Below, piece after piece: positions 24,496 through 37,641 of a stretch of DNA of 64,000 nt (its first letter is position 1; each line of letters starts with the position of its first letter). Where the stretch lies: assembly GCF_001447785.1 (NCBI RefSeq), contig NW_015164754.1, forward strand, positions 104,749-168,748, read 5' to 3'. Under the pieces are notes generated by a model, which did no database searches, was not told the origin of the DNA, and saw only the letters and a list, made by a program, of their open reading frames with translations. The position numbers and the translations under genes are program-made. This DNA is from Gekko japonicus. Its lineage: Eukaryota.

Positions 24496-25003
24496 TTGTG
24501 TAACTGTATGGCAAGAATTCAGCTCACAAAGTGAATGGCACTTTAAAATGCTCAGCTTTGGGTGGATTCTGTGCCCCAAATGTTCAGTTGCACTTCACAT
24601 TTAACCTACAAGAACAGCATCGTCTGAAAGGATACACACCAACCATTCATACATGGATACTTGCTAGACAATATTTTGATTAAAACAAGAATGATTCCCC
24701 GAAGGAAGAAAAAAATTGCTCTGCAATAAAGCTGGCATATCTCCAGCTTTATTGCACAATTGGTCATATGTTATATAATATTACACCAATAAATAATGTA
24801 TAAATCAGTCACAAAATGTTTTCTTTCTCTCCACTCACTTATATTGCTGTAAATATTGCATTTTAAACTTTTTGTTAATTGAAATATATATTCCATTCCA
24901 TACACTGCTGTTAATGTGTAAAGGGACCGAATCTGAACATGTTGAGATACAGAAATCCTTTATGTCCTTTTTTGGTCCAAGCAATAGAGAAAGAGGACCA
25001 AAT

Positions 25004-25007
<4 letters not shown>

Positions 25008-25057
<50 letters not shown>

Positions 25058-25060
25058 GAG
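25008..25060. repeat. (GA)n microsatellite
   Basis: Direct observation. Confidence 0.98.
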
Positions 25061-27003
25061 CGCTTTCAATGACTGACCTTCTCTTATGTGAGCTAATGTT
25101 TTAAGTTTTTCCACTAGGTTTCTTTAAACATATCCTTAAGTGCATTTCCAATTATTTATGATGGCTTGATAGCTTATTATATTTCTTGCTGAGAATGAGA
25201 GGACACAAACTGAAGGATAAATTAGCCAGGTTCATGCAAGCAGGCCATTTGAAGTGACCAAAAGTTTTTACGTTGATCACTGTACACAGAATACACATTT
25301 AAAAAGCTCATGGACTTGCGAGAAGAGCAATAAAGAGACACAAAGACAAAAGTCATCACATTTTATAGAAATGATCCTAATATTTGTTGTTGTTACAGCA
25401 TCGTCCCTAGTTGTGCAGGGAAAGCTGTCCACAGGAGCTTTCCTCCTAGGCCAGCTCAAAGGTCCACCTGAACCACTGGCACTGATCACCAAGGGAACAA
25501 TCCAAAGCAGATCTACTTAGAAGTAAGTCCCGTGTTATTCACTGGGGCTTACACCCAGCAACGTGTCCATAGGCTTGCGGTAAGAACATAAGAACAGAAG
25601 TGAAGTCAATGTTGGATCAGGCCAATGGCCCATCCCGTCCAACACTCTGTCACACAGTGGCCAAAGATACCAGGTGCCATCAGGAGGTCCACCAGTGGGG
25701 TCAGGAGGACACCAGAAGCCCTCCCACTGTAGTCCCCCCAGCACCAAGAATACAGTCTGTAAGCACTTATCTAGATACTTCTAGAGAGCTCATGAACCAG
25801 GCAAGATCTTCTCTTGGTAGATCCCTACATCGGGCACTCAGATGTATACCAGGGGTTCCATTGCTTACCATTATATTGGCTACAAAGCACTGACAGACAG
25901 ACCCGTGTATCGGTCTGAACCTTTTTTTAAGCTAGTGGCCATCACTACATCTTGTAACAATCGATGATGTTGTATGAACAAGTATTTTGTGTGTGTTCAC
26001 TCTAGACCTGCTGCCAGTGGATGCTCCAGGGTCGTAGCAAAGGGAGAAAGAAAGGAATTTCTTTCTACACCACACTCTCTCACCATGCCATGTGTGTAAA
26101 GTGCCGTCAGGTTGCAGCGGATTCATGGCGGCCCCATGGGGTTTCCAAGGCAAGAGACGTCCAGAGGTGGCTTACCATGGCCTGCTTCTGTGTAGCGACC
26201 CGGGACTCCCTTGGTGGCCTCCCATCCATGTACTAACCAGGGATGACCCTGCTCAGCAGCTGATAGCTGATGAGACGGGGCCCTCCTGGGCCATCCAGTT
26301 CAGGGTGCCATTTGTTATATGGGAAGCCAAACAGAAGGAGATCACATTTTATATTCATGCTCCTAGTGCACAGAGTCGCCAAACACAGCATTTACTAACT
26401 AAATACACTAGGATTCAGGCACTGTTAATAAAATGCAAAAATATATATATCAAAATATGAACATATCCATGCAGCCGTCTTCTACTAAAGCAGACCATTG
26501 GTCCATCAAGGTCAGTTTGGTCTACTCATACTAGAAGCAGCTCTGAAGGGTCTCAGGCAGAGGTATTTGCCATACTACCTGGTTGTTTCAACTGGAAATG
26601 CCAGGGATCCTGGGACCTTCTGTATGCTGAGGGTTCAGAGAAAGTTTGGACCAAAAGATCTGGCTTTGTTGTCAAAGAAAGACAAAGTTTATTTTTTTTA
26701 AAAAAGATGGTGGCTGATGGGATTTCATGATCACATGCAGCTGCCTTCTACTGAATCAGACCCCTGGGACTCCATCAAAGTCAGTATTGTCAACTCAGAC
26801 TGGCAGTGGCTCTCCAAGGTCTCAGGCAGAAGGAGTTGACATCGCCTACTGCCAAATCCTTTCACTGGAGATGGTAGGGCATTGAACCTGGGACCTCCTG
26901 CATTCCTACCACTAAGCACAACCCCTCCCTAGTTTGCCAGACACAAAGTATGAGATGCAGATGCTTCAGTGGGCCATGGCTCCGTGGCAGAGCATCTGTC
27001 TAC

Positions 27004-27433
27004 CAGTGTTCCCTCTAAGCTGAGCTGGTGTGAGCTGGCTCACAGTTTTTTAGTTATCGGCTCACAGATTTTCGTCTCAGCTCGGGAAGGGATGGGCTCC
27101 AGAGCAAACTGATTTATGCAGCAGCCAAATCGCTCGCCCCCAACTTGAATGCCAGGAGCTCACCAAATAGGATTTCTGCTCACAGGACTCCTCCACGGCT
27201 CAGAGGGAGCACTGGGCATGTCGCCTAAAAGGAGGGCATCCCCAGTGTTCCCTCTAAGCTGAGTTAGTGTGAGCTAGCTCACAGTTTTTTAGCCTCCGGC
27301 TCACACATTGTTGAGGGCTCCAGAACAAACTAATTTATGCAGCAGCCAAATCGCTCGCTCTACAAGTTTAATGCCAGTAGCTCACAAAGCAGAATTTTTG
27401 CTCACAAGACTCCACAGCTTAGAGGGAACATTG
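27004..27433. mobile_element. Composite of two family-A hAT MITEs plus a 28-bp spacer
   Basis: Units 27004-27214 and 27243-27433; outer 8-bp TSD CTGTCTAC. Confidence 0.88.
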
Positions 27434-29299
27434 CTGTCTACCCTTCCACTGATGACTGGTTTTCTCCTGTTCCATCCCTACTCTTGACATGTCGTTCTTC
27501 CCTTTCCTGTCCTGTCTTTGTATTGCAGAGTGTAAAATCTCCAAACGGGAGAATGTCATCAGTCCAATACATGGCGCACAGTTGGCAATCTGCTTCCAAT
27601 CAATGTTGAATAACAGTTTTAATGTGAAATGGGGTTGCAACTGAAGACCACCATCTGCCTTCTGTGACTTCTAATCTTGACACAGAACAAAAGCCAATTC
27701 ATTCTACAAACCCAGTTATTCAGAAATGTGAAAAATATACATACATACATTGTGTCTTACATTGTCTATTGTGATGTAGATTCTCTTCCTAAACTATTCA
27801 GTGTCGACCCCAATGATAACTTCGCACAGATCTGCAGTTTCAGAGCTTCTCAGTAGCCCCCTGCAAACTCAACAGCTGAACAGTCCCATATTTTAAACGG
27901 ATTGGAGTCTATAAGGATCAGTTCCCTACAGTGAAGTATCTTTGGGTTCCCACTCAAAATCTCTCCGTTGGGCTCCAATTAAAATTGTTTTGTTCACATT
28001 GTACACAAACGTTAATTAGAGAAGACTCAAGGATTTTTTGTTTTGTTTTGTTTTTAACTGTTGTAAGTGAATAGTGATGTCATTCAAGCTGAAGGGTTCT
28101 AGTTTAAAACCAATTTGGATCTTCCCTGAATGTCGGACTCATCTGAGTCTCATGCACCATATATGTTTCAAGGCAAAAAAGAAAATGCAAATAAAAAAAA
28201 ATACACTAGAAAAAATCATTTTCAGATTTTTGTTTCTGAAATTTGAGTTTAAGTGATGCTTTTAATCAACATGGAGTTTCATCGACACAAGTTTAAGCAT
28301 TTTAAAGGTCTACTTCAATGGGGAGGGGAATTAAGAGAATATTTAGCCCCATTCATTGTGAAGCAATAAGGCACATGGGTGTTTAAGTATTACTGGATAG
28401 TGGCTCTTAAGTCTTGCTAATGATTTAAAGAAGTACCTAAATGGTTAATTCAATATTTGCACACTGCAGTATTTCTAAAAGCTCAAAATCAACTAGCATC
28501 TCATAATTAAAAATTCTTGAAAAGAGCAGTTTCTGTCAAGAGCTCTCTCAGCCCCACCTGCCTCACAGGGTGCCCATTGTGGGGGAAGGGAAATGAGTTT
28601 GTAAGTCACTCTGAAACACCTTTGGGTAGTGAAGGGCGAGGTATAAATCCAATCTCTTCTCTTCTTCTTCTACTCTCCATTACCATAACTCATCAGAAAA
28701 TTAAGCCGGGAGTCTCCAAAATGGCCACTGGCTGCAGGTTGGTGGTGGGAGTCGCACTGAATATCCTGGCCCAAGCAATCCCCAGAAACCCCCTCCATGC
28801 CCCCACTGATGGCCATCCCCCATGTCCCCACCCCCAGTCTCCCACTGGTGGCCAGGCCAGGCCTGGTGGCAACCCTAGTAATGACCTGGTTGGGGATTCT
28901 GATCCTAGTCATTGCTTTCACCTCTTTCCTGAAAAGCCGAGCAATCCTATTAAAGCTGACTGCACCAACCATTTTTTAATGAAGGATCCATTTGTACCTA
29001 CCATTGCATATGTCTGTCAATCCCACTGTTGCATGAGAGGAGGGATGGAATGGGATCCTGGTGTACCAACCGGAAGCAGCTCTCCGGTGTCTCAGGCTGG
29101 GGTCCTTCTCATCACTGACAACCTGATCCTTACTGGAGATGATGGGGATTGAACTTGGGACCTTCTTCATACCAAACAGATACTCTACCATTGAGCCACC
29201 AGGAGCCACCCAGTAAAGGCCATTGTAGACAATGGGCTTGGACTGGCATAACTCTGGTGAGGATGGTGCTGGAATTCACTGGGTGACGTTAGATGTCAC

Positions 29300-29715
29300 C
29301 AGGGGTCATTTTGTAGAAAAAGAGGTGCAGGAGCTCATTAGCATAACTCATTAGCATAACATATTTGCATAGGCCACACCCCCTGACATCACCGGAAGTG
29401 TGTCAGAAGGCAACACCCTCCGCTCAGGCTCCACTGGACAGTTTTGGATTGCTAGCTATTGGGGGGAGGGGGAGTGTGCAGATCTGTCCTCACAGCGGAG
29501 GGAGAGCTTGTACCTGAATAAAACTGGGTCTTAAAGGTGCCACTGGACCGTTTTGGACCGGGGGCCAGGGGGAGCTCTGCAACTTACCTGGCTGCTTCTT
29601 GCTCTGACTGAAGGCTGCTGGGAGCAGGGGGTGGGGCTTGTTGCATGTGCCCGCCCCCTGGGCTCTTTACTGCCGAAGCTCCGCTCCTGTGCGCTCCTGC
29701 AGGAAATGAACCCTG
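29300..29715. mobile_element. hAT MITE family B
   Basis: TIRs; TSD GATGTCAC/GATGTCGC. Confidence 0.9.
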
Positions 29716-31084
29716 GATGTCGCTGTTGTAGGGTAAGTGTGAGCCAATGTAGTGTATTGGTTAGAGTTTGAGGATGAGGAGACCAAAGTTCAAACACCAC
29801 TAAGCCATGAAAGTCAGCTTGGGCTGGTTGCTGTCTCTCAAACGAAGAGGAAGAAGAAGAAGAGGAGGAGGAGGAGGAGGAGGAGATTGGATTTATATTC
29901 TGCTCTCGGAGTCTCTGAGCGGCTTACAATCTCCTTTTCCATTCTTTCCACACAATGAACACCCTGTGAGGCAGGTGGGGCTGAGAGAGCTCTGAGACAA
30001 CTGCTCTTGAGAGAACAGCTCTCAGAGAACTTTGACTGACCCAAGGTCACCCAGTTGGCTGCATGTGAAGGAGTGGGGCATCAAACCCGGTTTTCCAGTT
30101 TAGATTCCGCCACTTGTAACCACTTCACCAAACTAACATTTGTCATAATTTTGCCATGACAATAAGAACAGCGCAGAGGTGTGGAGAACCATGTATACCA
30201 TGCAGAGCTCCTTGGTGAAAGGGTGGGTTGAAAATGCAGAGACAGAACTATAACATACTTTGGACATTGGAACATACTGTAGAAATTGTTTTGAAAAGAG
30301 TTGTAATGAAAATAACAAGAGTGTTGAAGCTGCCGCGAATGTGGAATGCTGTATCTAGACTGCGGGTCAGGCCTGCAATCGGAAGCATGTGACCCCCCAA
30401 ATACTACAGCAATTACACTGGCTATCAATCCACTCATGAGCCCAGTTCAGTATTTTATTTATTTAGTAGATTTAAATGCCATCTCTCTGGAGAATGGTTT
30501 GAGGCGGCTTACAATTAAAAACAGAACAATTGACACTCCAGCATAGCAACAAAAATGCAGTGTAAGATGAATAGACAAATTAAAAAGTCCCAAGTAAAAC
30601 CATCCAAATCTAGCTGTTATAAAACCATCAAAATGCCAGTGTAAAGGAATCCTAGAGGGGACAACAAATGCATAGGTATCAGCAGGCAGGAACGGGGTCA
30701 TAAAATGATAAAACAGATGGTTAAGACTGTAATTAAAAGACTGGGTAAATAAGAATCTTTGGATTGCCACCTAAAAGGTAGCAAGGAGGAGGACATTCTA
30801 GAGATGGGGTGCCACCCCTGAGAAAGCCCTGTCCTTCTTTGCAGCCGGGTGATCAGAGACTCATTTGAGGCCCTAACTTGGTAATCTAGACACTACAGAA
30901 GGAGGCAACCATTCTGGTACCCCAACCCCAACTAGTTTAGGGGAAATCTACTTCTAAAACAGATGAAAAAGGCCTGCATGTGTTCTTCTACACAGGCTCC
31001 CTTTCAGCACTTGAAACGTTGTCATGCACAAATCATCTTCAAGCCCCTGTTACTTATTCATGTTAAGAAATAATAATGGTCAAA

Positions 31085-31706
31085 GTAGAAGAGGGGAATT
31101 CATCTTGCAGATAAGGATTTTGGTTCACATCGGTTTTGCATTCACATTACAACTTCTTGCGTGAGAACTCCTTAAGAAGACAGGAATGGAAATGGAGCAG
31201 CCAAAAGTAACGGAGATGTTCACATGAACGCACCCGCACAATTGAGATCAGATGTCCTTCTTAGATGGAGGAGCTATAGTTTCCTGTCCTTCAGACTAAA
31301 GATGGCATCTTTCATCTCTTGGTTTCTGAGCGTATAAATCAACGGATTGAAGAATGGGGTCAGCGTGGTATAGAAGACACCTATGACCTCACTGATGTAG
31401 AAGAGGGGAATTCACCTTGCAGGTAAGGATTTTAGTTAACATCGGTTTTACATTCACATTACAACTTCTTGCATGAAAACTCCTTAAGAAGACAGGAATG
31501 GAAATGGAGCAGCCAAAAGTAACGGAGATGTTCACATGAATGCACCCGCACAATTGTGATCAGATGTCCTTCTTAGATGGAGGAGCTATAGTTTCCTGTC
31601 CTTCAGACTAAAGATGGCATCTTTCATCTCTTGGTTTCTGAGCGTATAAATCAACGGATTGAAGAATGGGGTCAGCGTGGTATAGAAGACACCTATGACC
31701 TCACTG
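31085..31706. repeat. Tandem duplication, 2 x 312 bp, including the last about 120 nt of the OR CDS
   Basis: gtagaagaggggaattca at 31085 and 31397; several substitutions between the units. Confidence 0.93.
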
Positions 31707-32509
31707 AGAAGATCCTGAGCCCCCGGGCGCAGATAGTTGAACGCGAGAGGCACGTAGCAGATCACCACCACGATGAGATGGGCAGCACAGGTGGAGAAAG
31801 CCCGCCGGCGCCCGTCAACCGAGCGGATCTTCAGAATAGCAGAGATAACATACGCATAAGTCATCAGAATCAGAAGGATGCACGTTACGGCCACTAAACC
31901 GATATCAATAAAAGTGAACGTCTCGTTGAATGTTGTGTCTGCACAGGACAGCTTCAGCATGGCAGGTATGTCGCAGAAGATGTAGCCAATCTCATTGTTC
32001 AGGCCATAAGGCAACCAGAAGGTGACAGTGGTTTCAATGATCGAGTGGAGACAGCCTCCGAGCCATGCGCCCAGTGAAAGGCACAAACACACTCTGGGTC
32101 TCATGATCGTGCTGTAATGGAGAGGTCTGCAGATGGCCAGGAAGCGGTCATAGGCCATCACGGTGTACAGGAAGAATTCAGAACAGCCCAGGAAGTGGTA
32201 GGAGAAGAGCTGGACCACGCAGCCTCTCAAGGAGATGATCTGGCCACCTTCGACAAATCCAGAAATCATCTTGGGAACGATCACGGAGGACATGGAGATA
32301 TCCAAGACAGCTAAGTTACAGAGAAACCAGTACATTGGCTTCTGCAGCTGCCTTTTGGATGTGACAGCGAGGAGAACCAAGGTGTTTCCAGTGATAGTCA
32401 GCAAATAGATGAGCAGGAAGAAGAGGAAGACTGGGGCATGCAACTTTTTAGGGTACGGAATGCCCAAGAGGACAAACTCAGCCAAAGAAGTTTGGTTTTC
32501 ACACGCCAT
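31586..32509 (-). CDS. Olfactory receptor, OR10G6-like, intact, 307 aa
   Basis: MACENQT start; canonical OR motifs [28 protein letters not shown]. Confidence 0.95.
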   Translation of the reverse strand: MACENQTSLAEFVLLGIPYPKKLHAPVFLFFLLIYLLTITGNTLVLLAVTSKRQLQKPMYWFLCNLAVLDISMSSVIVPKMISGFVEGGQIISLRGCVVQLFSYHFLGCSEFFLYTVMAYDRFLAICRPLHYSTIMRPRVCLCLSLGAWLGGCLHSIIETTVTFWLPYGLNNEIGYIFCDIPAMLKLSCADTTFNETFTFIDIGLVAVTCILLILMTYAYVISAILKIRSVDGRRRAFSTCAAHLIVVVICYVPLAFNYLRPGAQDLLSEVIGVFYTTLTPFFNPLIYTLRNQEMKDAIFSLKDRKL

Positions 32510-33270
32510 CCATGGGATATTGCTTTCTGCAAAAGAAAACTGATAGGGGTGTTTGAGGTACGGGAGGGCAGGACAGGGAGGCACGTAAGAATCACCTATA
32601 GGTATAGATACAGAGATTCTATGGATATAATACGTATGCATATAAAGGGAGCAAGAGTATCCAAAATCATTTTCTTCCATTTGATTTGTTAAGATCCTCA
32701 TCTGAGGCCCTTTTGATCTCTCTGGCCTTTCTAGAAGTGAAACAACCACAAAATATCCCGTGAAATAACTATGTTCAAGGTCTGCTACCACTCAAGGTTT
32801 TTATAAAGGCGTATGTTTAACACAATGCATAAATCAAAAACCATACATGAAATAAACGTTCCAGTTAGCTTATGACGTTCAACACTAAGGCTTAGAAAAA
32901 TACACCAAAAGCCTTCCCAGTCAGACTAATGAACAGGCTATGCACAGTCCATAGATACACTGTGGTCTTCTTGATTTTTTCTCAGTTGCCAACTTCCAGG
33001 TCTGCAAGGAGGCTGTAACAGACTGGCTGACTTCTCTTGTCGGCCGCGAGAGTTTCGACTAAGTTGCTTCTTCAGAGCCAAATTCTTATGGAACCATACT
33101 GTTTAAACATTCTTCTTTCTCCCAAAGGGGCTCATACACTCCTAATGACAAATGGTTCTTAAGAACAGAATTATAGCTTTCCAGAAGTGAGGCACATGGT
33201 AACTAGGAATAGGCCCACTTCTTAAGCCTGTTTTTTCAGATGAGGTGATCTACTGGCACAGCTGTTCTTG

Positions 33271-33706
33271 AAGAACAAGAAGAGATTGGATTTATACCCC
33301 GCCCTTCACTACCCAAAGATGTCTCCGAGCGGCTTACAAACTCCTTCCCCTCCCCACAACAGACACCCTGTGAGGTAGTTGGGGCTGAGAGAGCTCTGAC
33401 AGACACTGCTGTTTTTCAAGAACAGCTCTTATCAGAACTACGGCTTGCCCAAGGTCATCCAGCCAGGTGCGAGTGGAGGAGTGGGGAATCAAACCCGGTT
33501 CTCCCAGATTAGAGTCCGCGCACTTAACCACTACACCAAACTGGCTTAGTTTCTGTCAGAGCTCTCTCAGCCCCACCTACCTCCCAGGGTGTCTGTTGTG
33601 GGGAGGGGAAGGGAAAGGAGTTTGTAAGCCGCTCTTCTTCTTTGGGTAGTGAAAGGCAGGGTATAAATCCAATCTCTTCTCTCTTCTCTCTTCTTCTTCT
33701 TTCTTG
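33271..33706. mobile_element. Head-to-head pair of Squam3-like SINEs
   Basis: Full antisense copy 33271-33546 abutting a sense 3' half 33549-33706. Confidence 0.85.
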
Positions 33707-35179
33707 CCCTGTTCTTGTGGGTACCTCAACTCCCAAGAGGAGATTTAGGGGATCTCAGTGAGCTGCGGTAGGATTGGAGAGGCCACCAAATCCTGCTGCC
33801 CCAGTTTCACTCTGATGCCTATGGTTTGTGTCCAGTCCAACAGCTTAACTGTTGTATCTGTTTCTATGACTGTTTCCTGGCTCTGTTATTTTAGTTGCTT
33901 AATTNNNNNNNNNNNNNNNNNNNNNNNNNNNNNNNNNNNNNNNNNNNNNNNNNNNNNNNNNNNNNNNNNNNNNNNNNNNNNNNNNNNNNNNNNNNNNNNN
34001 NNNNNNNNNNNNNNNNNNNNNNNNNNNNNNNNNNNNNNNNNNNNNNNNNNNNNNNNNNNNNNNNNNNNNNNNNNNNNNNNNNNNNNNNNNNNNNNNNNNN
34101 NNNNNNNNNNNNNNNNNNNNNNNNNNNNNNNNNNNNNNNNNNNNGTCCCTTCTGCTTTTTCTTTCCCCCATCCCGTCTCTCCTTCCCCCCCGGGGGACCA
34201 GGACCCCCCCAACTTTGTGCACCCCATCCCCTCATTCTCTGCGGGGGCAGTGCCAAGAAGAAAGAGGCAGAGGCAGCGGAGGCAGCAGCCCTCCCCCAGT
34301 CAGGGACTAGATGCATGCAGGGCTTTTGGTGGGGGGGCTTTTAGTGGGGGGACGGGTGCAGTTTGGCGCCCCTAAGGGCCGGCCTGCTCTAGGCAAACAC
34401 CTAGTTTGCCAGTGAGTGAGCTGGCCCTGCATGGGACACCATTTGTAATCTCTTTGCATAGTTTTTTTTTTTTAAGGTACTGTCAGATTGTCTGTTCTAT
34501 TAGTGATGGGGAGGTCATGCTGGCATAGATTAATAGTTTGAAATGACAAGAACAACAACACTTAGATTCACTCACAGGCAAATGATCACCCTGGCAGACA
34601 GAAGTGGCTTTGTCAGGAGGCAGGAAATTAGGTAAGAATCTGAAGGATGAGCTTTGAAAAGATGTCTCTGTATAAGGCGTCGTCTGTCTGAGCACCCTCT
34701 GTAGAACATTCGCTTCAAGTACAGCAGTCTTCTTCCAGCAGGTTCTCCATCGCAGTCTTGATATCTAAAATCTTCTCCTGCACTCTCTCTGGATCATCCT
34801 CTAACGAGTCTCTTGCTATGCTTGAAGACGTTGCCAATTTCCAGACATTTGAGCTCAATGATTCCATTGCGCTGGATGTGTAGAAAGCTTTGGAGAGATG
34901 GAATGTTAAGGACCAGTTTGCAGCTCTTCTTTTAAAGCATCTTTTGCAGAAGGAGGTGATAGGGCAAAACCCTAACCTGACTGGTTTGCTCATCAGGAGT
35001 TCTTTTCTGCTGATATTTATCTCCAACTACTCCCAGCAGTTTTTTTTTTAAATGTTACATCATCCCATATCCCCTGGCTTCTTTTCTTCTCCCTTAAGAT
35101 ACTATTACTTCTCTTCAAGAACATGGCACTCAGTTCTCCCATGGAGAATCCTGAAGGATGGCTCTATTCTTGAATGAAT

Positions 35180-35625
35180 ACTGAATGAGAAGAGATGAAA
35201 GGATGGCAGATTCCTTCCATTAAATGAGAAGAGATGAAAGGATGACAGATTCCTTCAAGGAAGAAACTTTTGAAGAAGAACCTACAGTTTTTGAAAGTGA
35301 AGTGAAAGCTGCATTGAGAGCAACTGGGAGAAACAATTCACCAGGAGTAGATAGGCTGCCAGTAGAGTTATTCCAAGCCACAGAAACAATCTATCGAGAT
35401 AAACAAGAATATGTCAACAAATATGGAAAACAAAACAATGGCCTACAGACTCCAAATGCTTAATCTACATTCCAATTCCAAAAAAGGAGATGTTAAAGAT
35501 TGCAGCAACTATCAGACCATTGCATTAATTCCTCATGCAAGGAAAGTGATGCTCAACATCTTACAACAAAGATTGTTACCATATATGGAATGACAAATGC
35601 CAGATGCTCAAATGGGATTCTAAAA
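35180..35625 (+). mobile_element. RTE/BovB LINE internal ORF fragment
   Basis: EEEPTVFESEVKAAL...NNSPGVDRLPVELFQA and KKGDVKDCSNYQTIALIPHARKVMLNILQQRL. Confidence 0.88.
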
Positions 35626-36262
35626 AGTGATGCTCGTGCACCACTAACAAGTATGCTTGGTAGTGGTGGCGGCAGCACTACTATTGGCTACAATCTACTA
35701 CTGCTTCAAATACTATTGGTATTATTCTTAATATATGTTATATAGTGGGAACTTGTGAATTTGGTGATGTTCCCTTATTCTATTGTATCATCATTTTAAC
35801 ATGACCCCTTAAATAGCCTTTGCTTTAGTTTCACTTTTCAGCAGTTTCTTGGCTATGGCTGGTTATGGTCTAGCAGGGCCCAGACCAGGCCTTGCCTGTG
35901 TTTTAATAAAGTTCTGTTCTGTGGAGTTATTATACCATGTTTCCTACAAAGGAAGACAACCCTGAATGTAAGTCAACTGAAGGTAAGAATGTAAGCCATA
36001 TAATTTCTTTATTACATAACAATCAATGTCCGATAAACAACATAGACTATGGGGCAAAAAAATTTGCTTTCACTTTCATAAGTAGTATTGGATCAAATTG
36101 CTTCGAATTTAAAAAGTACAGCGCTTGGCCTTTTAAAAAAACCTTCCCCTCCTGTAAATATTTTAATTTTTCTACATGTTGATCAAAGAAAATGTGGAAG
36201 GCTTCTCTGGCCTGTATATATATGAATTTTAAGCCCTTTTAAGGATGGTGTACAATGCTTGT

Positions 36263-36612
36263 GGAGCTGTGGTGGCTCAAGTGGTTAAGACGCTGAGCTG
36301 CAGGCTGGAAGGTCGGTAGTTCAGCAGTTCGAGACCCGAGTGCCGCATGACGGAGTGAGCGCCGATCTCTTGTTCCAGCTCCTGCCAACCTAGTAGTTCG
36401 AAAGCAGGAAATTGCAAGTAGATAAATAGGTACCACTTCAGTGGGAAGGTAACAGCGTTCCGTGCGCCTTGGTATTTAGTCATGCCGGCCACATGACCAC
36501 GGAAGTGTCTTCGGACAGCGCTGGCTCTTCGGCTTTGAAATGGAGATGAGCACCGCAACCCTAGAGTCGGATTCGACTGGCTTTTGAGCAAGGGAACTCT
36601 TTACCTTTACTT
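36263..36612 (+). mobile_element. Full-length Sauria SINE
   Basis: tRNA-like head, (ACCTTT)-type tail, TSD TACAATGCTTGT. Confidence 0.92.
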
Positions 36613-37641
36613 TACAATGCTTGTAGAAACTCTTATAGTACATTAGCCAAATTCCTTATTAATGATTTAATACTTCTCAAATTCCCCTCTCCCTGGGTGG
36701 TTGATTCAACAGTAGTTGATTCATCAGCTTTTCAAGCATTAACATGTTCTGGTTCCTTGGTAATCATCCCAAAACTTTCATGTTCTATCTTTTATTGGAT
36801 CAGTGCTTCTACACTACCTTGCATGATGATTTGGCAAATGGGATGAAATATATGCAACAGAGGGCCACTAATAACTTCAGCCAAGATGAATTCATGTATG
36901 TTTATTGCAGTGAAGGAGGAGACTGGAGATATGCTGTTGGCTGTTAAATATGTTTTGTAATACTCTTAAGAGTTGATTCATCATGGCCAGTGATACTGGT
37001 ACACTGAGTATATACACTTCATTACTAAAACAAGAAGGATGGTGTCTAGCTTTGGAGATTATGCTTCAGAGGGTTTTAAATCTGGACTAATTGTCCAGGA
37101 TTTCTGCTAAGATGTATTGTGTGCTGAAATTCGCTTGTGAAATACACACAAAACTGTTCACTCTACATTCTGTATCAACTTGCTACAACGTTTATAGAAA
37201 ATCTTTTCTGTTTCTTGGTTGTTGTGAAGAATTTAACAGAGGTATAAAAACACTGAGGGCAGTCCTAAATGGAATTTTATATCCTTCAAAATCTATTTAA
37301 ATCAATAAGTTTAGAAGGGTGTAACTCTACTTAGAAATGCCCTGTTACAGACCCGCCCCCCCCAGTTCAGAATGATTTCCCTAGGCGACAAACTCACAGT
37401 TTCCCAACAGGTGTCATATCTCCAATCCAGCAGGACCTTTAAAATTAACTGCTTCCTTATTCTTCCCTATGTAAAATGGCCACACACTCCTAACAAAGCT
37501 GAACTACGAGGCAACGTGGCCTAAAGCACAGGGAGAGAAGCAAAAGCTGGTATGGAGCACTTTCCCAGGGCCAAAACATGGGAGAGTATAGGATGAAATC
37601 TGCTCTCAATTTGTACCGCTTCTTACCATTTGCCATACCAG

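Noticed and set aside
32510-32791. 94-aa N-terminal extension of the 401-aa ORF (similar extensions at 13230 and 4521)
   Set aside because: Non-ATG ORF starts running through probable intron sequence; the paralog-conserved start is the M-x-C-x-N-x-T Met.
34715-35026. Coiled-coil-like 103-aa ORF
   Set aside because: Not recognisable; adjacent to LINE debris; insufficient support for a gene.
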